Assembly (NCBI GenBank): GCA_965178125.1
Contig: OZ237736.1
Location: 1,550,001-1,614,000 of the forward strand
Direction of reading: 5' to 3'
Source: Bilabrum cf. latius
Lineage: Eukaryota
DNA: 64,000 bases
Shown: one piece after another, positions 27,615 to 38,172 of the stretch
Layout of the letters: each line of letters begins with the position of its first letter
How positions within the stretch are numbered: the stretch's first letter is position 1
Translations under genes and position numbers: made by a program
The notes under the pieces: model-generated
The model's database searches: none
What the model saw: only the letters and a program-made list of their open reading frames with translations
Told to the model about the DNA's origin: nothing

Positions 27615-30600
27615 TCAGCCCTGCCACCCCTGGCCTTGCTGCCCCCCCTGCGTCCACCCGCCCGTGAACCCGCCGCTGCCCCACCCTCCCTGGAAGCCGC
27701 CGCCGTACCCGCCGCTTGTGGCGGGCGCCGCTGCGGGGCCGCCCGCCTGAGACACCGGTGCCACGGGGGCGGCGCCTGCCTGCGCCCCACCGCTGGTGGC
27801 CTGGGGTGCGGGGGCCTGCTGGCCGCCCTGCTGCGGCCCGCTGGCCCCGGCGCCACCGTACGACGCGTACCCCCCGTATCCGCCCGCCCCTCCGGCGCCC
27901 TGGAACTGACCCCCGCCGCCGTAGTGGGGCTGTCCGTAGAAGCCTCCTCCCATGCCCATCTGGCCCATCTGCATGCCGTACATGGCCGGGGGCATCCCTC
28001 CGAAGCCCCCCGCGCCGTACCCCGGGAACTGGGGGGGCATCCCGCCTGACCCCGCGGCCGGCTTGCCAGGGGCGCCCCCGCCGTGGGGCAGACCCCCCGG
28101 GGCGCCCCCTCCGTAGCCCCCCTGCCACCCCATCTGGGGGCCCCACTGCTGCCCCGCGCCAGGGTGCTGGTAGTAGGGCCCGGGCTGCCCCGCCATGCCG
28201 TAGTGGCCGCCGGCACCGCCGCCGTACTGCCCGTCGGCGCCCTGTCCGTACCCCCCGTACCCGCCCGGGGCCGGTGCTGTCTTGCCGGCGAACCCGCTGG
28301 CTGCCATGCCGGGCGCGCCTCCCATCTGAGGGGCTCCCATCTGGGGGGCTCCGACCTGCCCCTGGGACGCAGGCGCGCCCGGCGCAGGGGCACCCTCCAC
28401 GGCCCCGGCCGGGGCCTGCCCCCCTGCGAACGGCTGGAAGGCGCCTGCCCCCGAGGGCGCGCCGACGCCGGCTCCCTGCTGGGCTGCTGCTGCGGCTCCT
28501 AGTCCTGGGGGAGGTCCGCGGGGGGCCGCGGCGGGGGCCGAGTGCGCCCGGCCCATACTGGCGCCATCAGGGGCTGCGGGCGCCTGTCCGGTCAGCTGCG
28601 CCTCGATGGCGGCGTTGGTCTGGCGCTGCTGCTGCTGCTCCTGCTGCTTGCGGGCCTCCTCCGCCTGCTGCTCCGCCTGTGCCTGTGCCTGTGCTTGTGC
28701 CTCTGCCTCAGCACGGGCCTTCGCCTCGGCCTCCTGCCTCTCCCTGGCCGCCTGCTGCTCCTGCAGCTGCCTGGCGGCCTCTGCGTCTGCCTGGGCCTTG
28801 GCCTCGGCCACGTCAGTGAACGAGAAGGCTGCGCTGGCGCCCTCGCCCGACTCGTCCACGCCGCCCACGAGGATGTCAGGCTGAGAGTCTGCAAGGGAGG
28901 AACCCACGCCGCCCACGCCGCCCACGGCACCACCGGGCACGTCATCGAAACCAGAAGTAGAGGCAGCCACGGGCTACGCGGCGGCCTGCACCTCCACGGC
29001 GGCCTGCGCCTCCACGGGCGCGTCCCAAGCCGGGGCAGCCTCGTCCTCCTGCACGGGCTCGACGTCCTGCTGCACGTCCTCCTGCGCGACTGGCGCGGCC
29101 TGTTGCTCCGCGGCAGCAGCCTCCTCCTCCTCGTCCACGGGCTCTTGCTCCGCAACCGGCTGCTCCTGCGCGGCATCGACGGCCGCTGCTTCGCCTTCGG
29201 GGACGGCCTCCTCCACGGCCTGCTCCTGCTCCTGGCTGGGCGCTGCCTCAGCCGCCGCCTGCGGCTTCCTCACCGGCCTGCGCGACGCGGGGCGGAACTT
29301 GACCTTCTGGCCCTGCTTGCTCTTCTGCAGGCTGGTGCCCGACTTGGCGGCCCATGCGCCCTGCATGCGGGGCGCGTTCTTGCGGGCCTCCTCCTCCTCG
29401 GCGGCGATGCGGTCGGCCTCTGCCTTGGCGCGCGCCTGTGCCTCGGCGCGGGCCTTCCGAGTGGCCTCACGGGCGGCCTCGGTCTCCCGGGCCGCACTCT
29501 CCACGGCGTGAGACTGCGCCGGCGCCTTGGCGGCGGCAGGCGCGGGGGCGGCGTCCGTGGCCGAGCCGGGGCCGGCGCTGCGGCCCCGGCGTGCTGCGCG
29601 ACCCGGCACCGCCGCGGAGGCCTTGCTAACGATGGGGCCCTTGCCGGCCGACAGGGCCGACCGAAGGTTCTTCCCGGCCCACGCGCCGGCCACGGGCTGC
29701 GAGGGAGGGGCTGACTTGCCCCTGCCCCTGCCTCCGCCGGAACCACCTCGGCGGTCACGGTCGTCCCTGCGGCGGGACGCACCGCCGGTGGAGGGCGCTC
29801 CGGCCCGCTGTCCGCCGGCCCCTGTCCTGACTGGCCCACGCCCCCTGCCCCTGCTGCCGTCCGCCTCCTTGCGCTCCTCCACGCCCCCGCGGCGGGCGGC
29901 GGCCCGGTCCCGGGTGCGCCTGAGCGACTCGTCTGTCACTCGCTCGCTAACGGTGGCCTTGGGGAGGCCCACGTGGCGGACGGGCCTAGATGATACTTCC
30001 GGGGCCTTCTTTGCCTTGGACTGCCAGATGGACACCTGGAGGTTGTCTGCGAGCGGAGCGGAGCGGCGGGTGGGGAAAGCGAGCGAGAGTGGGGCGGGGT
30101 GAGAGCTCGGGCCGGTGTGATCGGCGGTGCGCAAGGGCAAGCACTCGGACCAACTGCAACAATCACACGCGCAGAACACGCCGGCCAGTCTCAGCCTGAT
30201 GTCTGGCCACTCTCACCGATGGTCCACTACTCTAGGTGAGCCTGTACGCGCCTCCTTTGCGCCGCAACGTCCCTGCTGCTCAACCTGCTCTCAACGATAA
30301 TCTGCTTGAGTACCACTTCGGGTGCGTGTCCCTGGTAAGGGGGCAGAGTCTTTGCCAATCCAATGTGCTCTCGGAACTGCGCGGCGAAAGCGAGTGGCAA
30401 AGGAGCAGCTCTCAGCGGGTATCGCAAATGTTTGTCATGCCACGCAAACACCTTCTAGTCGAACAAAACACCCATATCATCTTATTCGCCGCTACCCCAA
30501 TCGCAATAAAGGGCCCAAATTCCTAGACGTTGCGGCCAGGTGCAGTAGCTATTCATGAGTGGCCCTCCGACACCAAGCCTGCACCGCGAGACTGCAGCAG

Positions 30601-30832
30601 ACAGCAGCCCAGAGGCACGCGATGCATGATCACATTGATCGAATCCACCCCAAAGCCATGCTCCAATGGGCCGCCCATAGGCACTGAAAGCGGCAAAAGT
30701 CTGTGCGGCCGTGACGAGTGACGGAATTTCAATCGCCGTATGCAAGCTAAATAAATCACTTACGATCTTGTCTTCCTGCGACAGTAGTCTTTCGCCCTGC
30801 CCACCTCGGGCGGGACGTGCTGAACGCGCCAT
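27615..30832 (-). CDS. Low-complexity protein with RGG-like segment and G/Y/Q/P-rich prion-like C-terminus (UBAP2/lingerer-like architecture, tentative); introns ~30377-30763 and ~30047-30216
   Basis: GTAAGT and GTGAG donors with CGCAG acceptors give a continuous frame. In-frame TAG at 30227 and 28974; ends at TGA. Family guess rests on composition only. Confidence 0.55.
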
Positions 30833-31349
30833 TGTTCAGAGTGTAGTGCGGTACGTGCCTCGAAACCAACTATGCCAACTCGACGAGAACGCGTGAATGT
30901 GCCTCGAACTGTTCACAAAAGGCTTACAAGAAGCCAAACTGGACCGGAAGTCCAGATACCTACTCAACTGCCTCTTTGGAAGCAGCCGGAAGCGGTGGGA
31001 TACGACGAACGTGTCCCGGAATGCAGCTTCTCGGTCGTCGATCCAGCCAACAGAAAGGTTGCAACCAAATAAACGGGATTTTGAATAGATTGCTCGTTAC
31101 AATAGCATCTCGTTGACCCGACTTTATTCTGCACATTTCTCCACCCGTGTCCTGCATATATCAATAAGATTGAGAACGACAGAACATTTAATTGAATAGA
31201 CATACTGAGAGAACGTTGAATCTGCGTGTCTTTGTTGCATTGTCGAAGGGAGGTTGGATCAGGCAGGTCGTCTGTTGGTAAGCAACAGATTGCTGCTCTT
31301 CTCGTGATTTGATCAGCGCGGGAGATCATTTATACAGCCGTACCATACA

Positions 31350-33977
31350 ATGGCATCTACCAGTGGCGATGCCATTAAGAATGCACCCGCGTCGCTGGAA
31401 GCTGTGCGTGGATCGGGCCAAAACTCAGATCAAATGTCCTTGGCAGGTCGCGATATCAGCGACCTAGCGCCTTTACTGCAGGATCTGAGCAGAACACACG
31501 GACTCCGGTCGCTCGATTTGTCTCGGAACAGGCTTGGTGGCCTGCCGTCAGGGTTTGCGAAGGCAGTGCCTGACCTGGTCGCACTCGATTTGTCAGGAAA
31601 TCCGATTCGCGGCGCTGCTGCGATACTTGGCGAGCTGCAACAAATGCGAAGCCTCCAAGAGCTTCGCATTGACCTACCACCCAAGGCAGAGGACGAACTT
31701 GTGTACAGTTTGACGAGCCTGCGCCGCTTCAACGGCCTGTCTCTGGACACGGACGAGGACGGGCCCCCGGCCGACGGTCTCACCAGCGGCGCGTCAGAGG
31801 GCAAAGAGGCCCCCGCTGGTAGCGATGGAGGGGCGGCGGTTGGGGTGGGTCAGAAAAGCCAGCTACAGGAGGGGGAAACAGGCCAGAGCCAGGCCAAGCA
31901 GGTCGCGGGCGAAGACGAGGAGGAGGAGGACGACGAGGAGGGGCTGCCCCCCATCCGGGAGGTGGCTCTCACAGAGGCCGACCTGGAGCAGGCGGCGGTT
32001 CTCTTCGGCAGCATCAAGTCGCTTAGGGTGGCTGCAGCCGCGGAAGAGGCCGCGAGGACGGAAGGGGAAGCCGCGGCGCGCCGGGCCACAGAGCGGCTGG
32101 ACGACGACCTGACAGGCCTCTTCGACCGCAACCTCGAGTCGGTCATGGTGGGGCTCAAGCGCGGGCTGGAGGGGGAGGGGGATCCCTTCGTGAGGCAGTG
32201 CGCCATCATCGAGGCCAAGCAGAGGCTCGTGGACGTGTGCGCCGAGCAGGCGGCCGAGCACTCCGGGGAACTGCCGGTTGCAACCGCTCGGCAGTTCGCC
32301 TCGGTGTCCCGCAAGCTGCACCAGGTCCGGGGTGCGCTCTCGGGCGACATGGCCCAGACGGTGCGGGACATGCGGCCCCACTGGGCGGCCAAGGTACGCC
32401 GGGAGAGGAAGCGAGCGCTCAAGGCCGAGGGCGAGACCCAGAAGCTGCTCGAGGCGGCGCAGTACCTCGAGAAACAGCTGGACGAAACCAGCGGCAAGCT
32501 GGCAGAGGCGGAGCGGCTCTTTGCCGAGGAGAGGAGCGAGGCGGCGGAGGAGAACCGCAGGCTCAGAGCAGAGCTGGCCAGGGCACAGGAGCAGCTGAGG
32601 CACCTCGAGGCTGCTAGGCCGAGGATCGGGGGAGGCGGGGTTGGGACTGGTGCAGGGAGTGCGCTGCATGCAGCCGCCATCTCCGGAAGAGGTGCTGGTA
32701 CTGGTGCGGGGGCGGCCTCGGTGGCCTCTGAGCCCTCCGGAGCGGGCGCGGCACCGCAGAGGTCATCGGCGCACGGTGGGAGCGGGGCTGGCGCAGGGGC
32801 CGCGGGTGCCGGAGGAGCGCCTCCTCCGGGTGATGCAACCCCCCTCCCACCGCTGCCAGCGGACATGGGCGGCGCCCGCGGATCGGGAGCCGCCGTCCGT
32901 GGGTCTGGGGGCCCCTCAGCGGGGTCGTCCCCCGGGCACGGGCACCAGCAAGGGGGGCTGTCTGGCAGCGGGGGCGGGCAGGCGCCCATGTCCACCCGCA
33001 TGCTGTCGCTCAAGCAGCTCCGGGACAGCATCGAGGCGATCTACCAGAGCAAGAGCAAGTACGACGAGAAGTGCGCGCAGGAGGGACTGCCTCGGGAGAC
33101 GATGGAGCAGCACATGTACACGTGGCTCGAGATGAGGTACGGCCTCAAGTCGCTCATCGTCTCGCACGCGTCTGCCCTGATCCGCGCAGTGACCAAGCAC
33201 AACAAGCAGGACAACGACGTGGCGGTGTTCGGCCGCATCGTGCAGAACGAGGTGGATGAGGAGTTCAGGTTCGTGCAGAGGCAGCTCAAAGACATGGTGG
33301 CCGACCTGCTGAGGGTGTATCTGGCCGCGAAATACCCCATGAAGGGGGGCAAGGCCATCCAGGCCATGCTGGAGAAGAGGATGTGCGGGGTGGTCTACGA
33401 GGAGGAGTGGGCAGACATCCTGCAGTACGTGTACGCGCCAGAGCAGAGGGAGGCCGTGGCGCGGCAGGTGAGGACCGCGATCCAGGAGGACCCTTCGGCG
33501 ACAGACGCGCTGCAGCAGCAGGAGAAGATGCGGCTGGAGGCCGGCACAAAGGCCAGCGGCAGGCCCCGCGCGCCCAAGCCCAGTGAGGTCAGGCAGCGGC
33601 AGGCCCGCGTGAAGGCCGCCGTGGCCAAGGGAGCCATCAACTACAGCGCGCTGCTGCAAATCATGCTAGGGGTGCAGCTCAAGCGCCGACGAAGATTCCT
33701 CGCGAGGTTCGTGCAGGCCTTCCGCACGCACGACGACGACTGCAACGGCATCGTGAGCCGAGACCAGTTCGCCGCTCTCATCGGGACACTCAACCCGGCT
33801 AAGGCGGCGGATGGGGTGACGGTGCAGCGGATGCTGGAGCAGGCAGACCCCGCAGAGAACGACCACGTCACTTTCAGCGATGCGGTCAGGGTGCTATTGG
33901 CGGCCCCGGCGGCCAGCGGGGGGCAGGGCGCGGGGCCTGCGGCTACGGGGGCCGGTGGGAGTGCGGGCGGGCAGTGA
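31350..33977 (+). CDS. LRR + coiled-coil + TSNAXIP1-like region + C-terminal EF-hand protein
   Basis: Uninterrupted 875-aa ORF. N-terminal LRRs, ETMEQHMYTWL..RYGLK..NDVAVFGRI..EVDEEFRFVQ block, EF-hand-like DDDCNGIVSRDQF. Ends at TGA. Confidence 0.7.
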   Translation: MASTSGDAIKNAPASLEAVRGSGQNSDQMSLAGRDISDLAPLLQDLSRTHGLRSLDLSRNRLGGLPSGFAKAVPDLVALDLSGNPIRGAAAILGELQQMRSLQELRIDLPPKAEDELVYSLTSLRRFNGLSLDTDEDGPPADGLTSGASEGKEAPAGSDGGAAVGVGQKSQLQEGETGQSQAKQVAGEDEEEEDDEEGLPPIREVALTEADLEQAAVLFGSIKSLRVAAAAEEAARTEGEAAARRATERLDDDLTGLFDRNLESVMVGLKRGLEGEGDPFVRQCAIIEAKQRLVDVCAEQAAEHSGELPVATARQFASVSRKLHQVRGALSGDMAQTVRDMRPHWAAKVRRERKRALKAEGETQKLLEAAQYLEKQLDETSGKLAEAERLFAEERSEAAEENRRLRAELARAQEQLRHLEAARPRIGGGGVGTGAGSALHAAAISGRGAGTGAGAASVASEPSGAGAAPQRSSAHGGSGAGAGAAGAGGAPPPGDATPLPPLPADMGGARGSGAAVRGSGGPSAGSSPGHGHQQGGLSGSGGGQAPMSTRMLSLKQLRDSIEAIYQSKSKYDEKCAQEGLPRETMEQHMYTWLEMRYGLKSLIVSHASALIRAVTKHNKQDNDVAVFGRIVQNEVDEEFRFVQRQLKDMVADLLRVYLAAKYPMKGGKAIQAMLEKRMCGVVYEEEWADILQYVYAPEQREAVARQVRTAIQEDPSATDALQQQEKMRLEAGTKASGRPRAPKPSEVRQRQARVKAAVAKGAINYSALLQIMLGVQLKRRRRFLARFVQAFRTHDDDCNGIVSRDQFAALIGTLNPAKAADGVTVQRMLEQADPAENDHVTFSDAVRVLLAAPAASGGQGAGPAATGAGGSAGGQ

Positions 33978-34154
33978 GAGTGGGAGTCGCTGAGGAGACT
34001 GCCGGCGAGCTGGATTTCAATGCCCCGAGATATGGAGCGACACGCTTGATTACCTGTGGTTTTGATACTGCACACACACACCCAATCGATCTAGGTTGCT
34101 CGTCACATGCAGTGGCCTCGAGCTCGAGCTTCTTGTACAACATAGACAGCTACA

Positions 34155-36980
34155 ATGCTCCGAGATACAGCACTAGCTGTTTGTGCATTGGTATATGTGT
34201 GTAGTAGTTAGGCTGTTGCTGCTGCAGGTACCAGCCTAGGCTCGCTTGTGGACACAAGGATAGGAACCGGGGGTTTGGCATTCGGGGTAGGCTCGACCAA
34301 CCCTGGGCCGCAGTGGCCGTTTGGAGCCATGAGACTCGGCCCAGACACGGCGGTTGGACCCGATCTGGGTGCTTTCGGGGGATACTACTACGATGATCCG
34401 ATCGGGATCAAAGCATTCTCCCACACCCACATGGTTGGATCCGGGGCTGGCGATTACGGGAATTTTGGCGTCATGGTGCAGCGCAGTGCCATCACCGATG
34501 ACCTGATAACATCATACGGTGGCGCTCTGAACCACTCTCTGGAAGTGGCAGAGCCTGGATTCTACAGCATCGAGTTTCTCAAGTTGCAGGCTGCAGCGGA
34601 GACCACTGTGTCGGGGCCGTGGGCAGGTATCCACCGCTACAATTGCAGTACGCAGGCAAGCGCAGGTTCAGAACCTTGCACTTTATTGCTGGACGCATGC
34701 CACACGACGGCTCGCAACCAAGACGGTGCCTGCAAGGCCGGCAACATATCGACCTTTTCGCCCGTGAGCAGCTCGGAGGCGCGAGTGCTCGAAGCGAGCT
34801 CTTCCATTCTGTTATCGGGCTCGCTTTCGGGGCGCTCACCTATCGGCGGCGTCTGGGTGCACGGCTATTTCCGGCTCGAGGTGCAGGGGGGAGGTTCGAT
34901 CGAGGGCTCGGTGTGGTCCAACGGGAGCGCGCGGGCCGCCCCCGTGTCCGGTCCCCAGGTGGTGGAAGAGGTGACTGGCAATTCCTTGGGTGCTGGGGTG
35001 TCGGTGCAGCCCGCAGTTGCAGGTAGGGAGCATGCAGCTGCCACCTCCCAGGGCGGCGTCCTTCGGGCCGGCAGGGGCGACACTGCCAGCGGCCGGGACA
35101 GAGGCACACCACTGGCAGCAGGGGTGCAATTCACGCTCCGGGTCGGCATCAGCTTCATCTCCGTGGCGGGCGCCAAGCGGAACCTGGAGGCGGAGCAGGC
35201 ACTCAGCACGGGCGATGGCGAGGGCGAGGGCGAGGCGGCAGCCGGCGCCACGGCTTCTTGGCTCTCCTTCGAGGCGGCCCGCGCCGCTGCTGCCGATGCC
35301 TGGGAGGAGAGGCTTCAGAGGGTCAGGGTGCAGCCCACTGCAGGGGGCGGGATCAGGGCCAGGACTGCCAGCGGCACCGTGGAGCAGTCCTCCGATGAGC
35401 TGCAGAGGGTGCTGTACGCTGCGCTGTACCGTGCGCACATGGCCCCAACGATCTTCTCCGAGCACGACGGGAGGTACATGTCCATGGGTGGTTCTGTGGA
35501 GCAGTGGGAGGGGCCTCCTTCCTGCATTGAGGGCGTCAAGAGCTGGTACAGGACGGACATGTCTCTGTGGGACATCCACCGCACGCAGACCGCACTCCTC
35601 TCCCTCCTGGCCCCCTCCGATTCGCTCGACGTCAGCTCTAGCCTGCTGCAGATGAGGGAGGACGGGGGCAGGCTGCCTCGGTGGCCGCTTGCTAACGTGT
35701 ACACGGGCTGCATGGTGGGCTCGCACGCCATCCAGGTGCTGTCGGACGCCGCAGGCAAGGGCCTGCTCGCTCAGCAGCAAGTGCTCCGCGCGTGCTCGGT
35801 CGCAGCCGAGGCAGCCGACTCACAGGCAGCAGAGGGCGGGGCGCAGAGCTACCAGGCCCTCGGCTACATCCCCAGCGAGCGGAACCAAAGGGGCGCCGCG
35901 GTGACTCTGGACTACTCGTACGATGACGCGGCCGCGGGTTGGATCTGCGCTCTGGCAAACGACACCGCCAACAGCTCTCGGCTGCAGCGGAGATCGGGCA
36001 ACTACCGCAACGTGTTCGCGTACAGCATGCTGCTGGACGAGGGACAGCCGTTTCCGTGCCCCCGGAGCCAGAACGGGAGCTTCGACTGCCCCTTGGATCC
36101 CACGCTGCAGTACCCCCTGGAGACGCACTACGTAGAGGGCGATGCGTGGAACTACCGCTGGTTCGTGCTGCACGACATGGAAGGGCTGGTCGACCTCTTC
36201 GTGCCACCCGGGAGCAACGAGACGCACGAGGAGCGGGCGAGGGCCTTCGTGGAGCAGCTTGACACGTACATGAACCGCACCCAGGACTGGCCGCTGGGCA
36301 ACGCGCTGCCCAACCCCTACTACTGGGGTGGCAACGAGCCCGTGCTGGCCAACGCCTGGCAGTTCGCGCAGGCCTCGCCGTTGAACGCCTCGCTCACGCA
36401 GGCCTGGAGCAGATACTTTGCGATCCAGCTGTACAACACCGAGGCCAGCGGGGTGCCCGGCAACGACGACTATGGGACCATGTCTGCCTGGCTCGTGTGG
36501 ACGCACCTGGGTCTGTTCCCTGTGGCAGGCACGGACCGGTTCGTTCTGGGTGCCCCGGCCTTCGCCAACGCCAGCCTGGTCCTACCCGCGGAGGAGGCCG
36601 CGCTGGCCCTGGGAGCCCTCGTGCGGGAGCGGCTGGGGAACAGCGAGAGAGGCTCTGGTGAGGGGCCTACCCCGTCGATGGGGGACGCGATGCGCGCCGT
36701 GCGGGGGTACGCGGAATGCCTCACGGGCTCCGATCGCGGGGAGCTTGAGGTGCTCCGCATCGTGGCGAAGGGGGCCTCCATCGATGCCCCCTTCGTCCGG
36801 TCCGCCAGCATCAACGGCCAGCCGCTCCATACACCAGGTGTGACGAATGCTCAGCTTCTCGGCGGAGCGGCCGATGCGGTGGCGGCGTTCCAGCGCAGCG
36901 GCGCGTGCGACGTTGCGGCGGAGCCTCCCGTCCTGGCTATGGCCATGGCGAGCGAGCCCGCCGCATGGAGCGCGCAGTGA
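34155..36980 (+). CDS. Secreted GH92 alpha-mannosidase family protein; TAG at 34209 near the end of the signal peptide
   Basis: VDTRIGTGG, PFGAMRLGPDT, FSHTHMVGSG.GDYGN, SLWDIHRT, YVEGDAWNY, GNEP and PGNDDYGTMSAW. ATG 34155 gives signal peptide MLRDTALAVCALVYVCSS*AVAAA. Confidence 0.93.
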
Positions 36981-37123
36981 CTAAAATATGCATTGCATCG
37001 ATTGCTTTGAACGGATTTGGGCGCGTCTCCGCCACAAGAGACCGCCAGACCAACTTCGGCAAGATTCACGAACCTTCGCCATGTCTTGCGTGCATTTTCG
37101 AGTTTTGGTGGCACTGTGGCAAC

Positions 37124-38074
37124 ATGGCACGTAATGCAGAGCGTTCCAATGAAATGTTAAACAAATGGGTGGCGATGAATGAGGACATGGCGAAGATTGG
37201 ACCGAAGGGGTGAGTAGAGCACGGCTTGCGTTCCGAACCGGGCGAACTTGCGCACGGTCCCGAGCAGTATCATTGTGCCACACATCCGCCTCCTTGACGC
37301 AGAAAGCGCCCGCTTGTCGCTTCTGAATGCCATCGATTAGGGGACGCGGAGCACTGGAGACGAGAAATCATTCGCGATGTCACGCGCAAGGTAGCCCAGA
37401 TTCAGAATGCCGGCCTTGGTGAGCACCGAGCCCGGGATCTGAACGACGAAATAAATCGACTGCTTCGCGAGAAAGTGCACTGGGAGAAGCGTGTGGTGGA
37501 GCTAGGAGGGCCCGACTACGCGAAAGCGTCCGGCGACCTCGCAGCCGCCGAGGGCAAGGAGCTTCCTGGCAGCGGCGGATACATGTATTTCGGCGTCATG
37601 AAGGACCTCCCGGGAATTCGAGAATTGTTTGCAGAGGAAGCGCAGCGCCGAGCCAAGCGAAAACGGGGCGACATCCTGAAGACGATCACACCCGACTACT
37701 ACGGCTGGCGAGACGACGAGGACGAGAGGCTGGCAGCCGACGAGGCCGAGGCAGAGACGGAGGCGCAGCGGAGGGCGGACGAGGAGTGGGCGGCTCTCAG
37801 GAAGTTGCACGGCTTGAGCGCGGCGCCAGGAGGGCCGTCCTCCCAGGCAGCAGCGGGCGGGGCGGGGGCCGGTGCGGGCGCCGGCGCGGGCTCCTTCGAA
37901 GGGGCAGGCATGCGGGCTCTGGCCCCTCTTCCCAGCGAGAAGGAAGTGGAAGATGCCGTGCTTCGTGCCAAGAAGCGAAAACTGCTGGAGGGACTTGGGC
38001 TTGGTGGGGCGGGAGGTGGGGCGGGCACTGCGGGAGGAGCAGGGGCAGGTGCCCAGCCTTCCATGGAATCGTGA
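37124..38074 (+). CDS. ISY1: Pre-mRNA splicing factor ISY1; one intron (~37210-37302)
   Basis: MARNAERS, AEHWRREII, QIQNAGLGEHRARDLNDEINRLLREKVHWE, LGGPDY, YMYFG..KDLPGIRELF and DYYGWRDDED. Confidence 0.95.
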
Positions 38075-38172
38075 TTCATGATTCTTCGAACCGTTTCTAT
38101 TCAACAAGACAACAACAAGCTATCTTTGCAACCTGTGCACATGGGCCCACGCAACTCACCTCCCCGCGTGCG

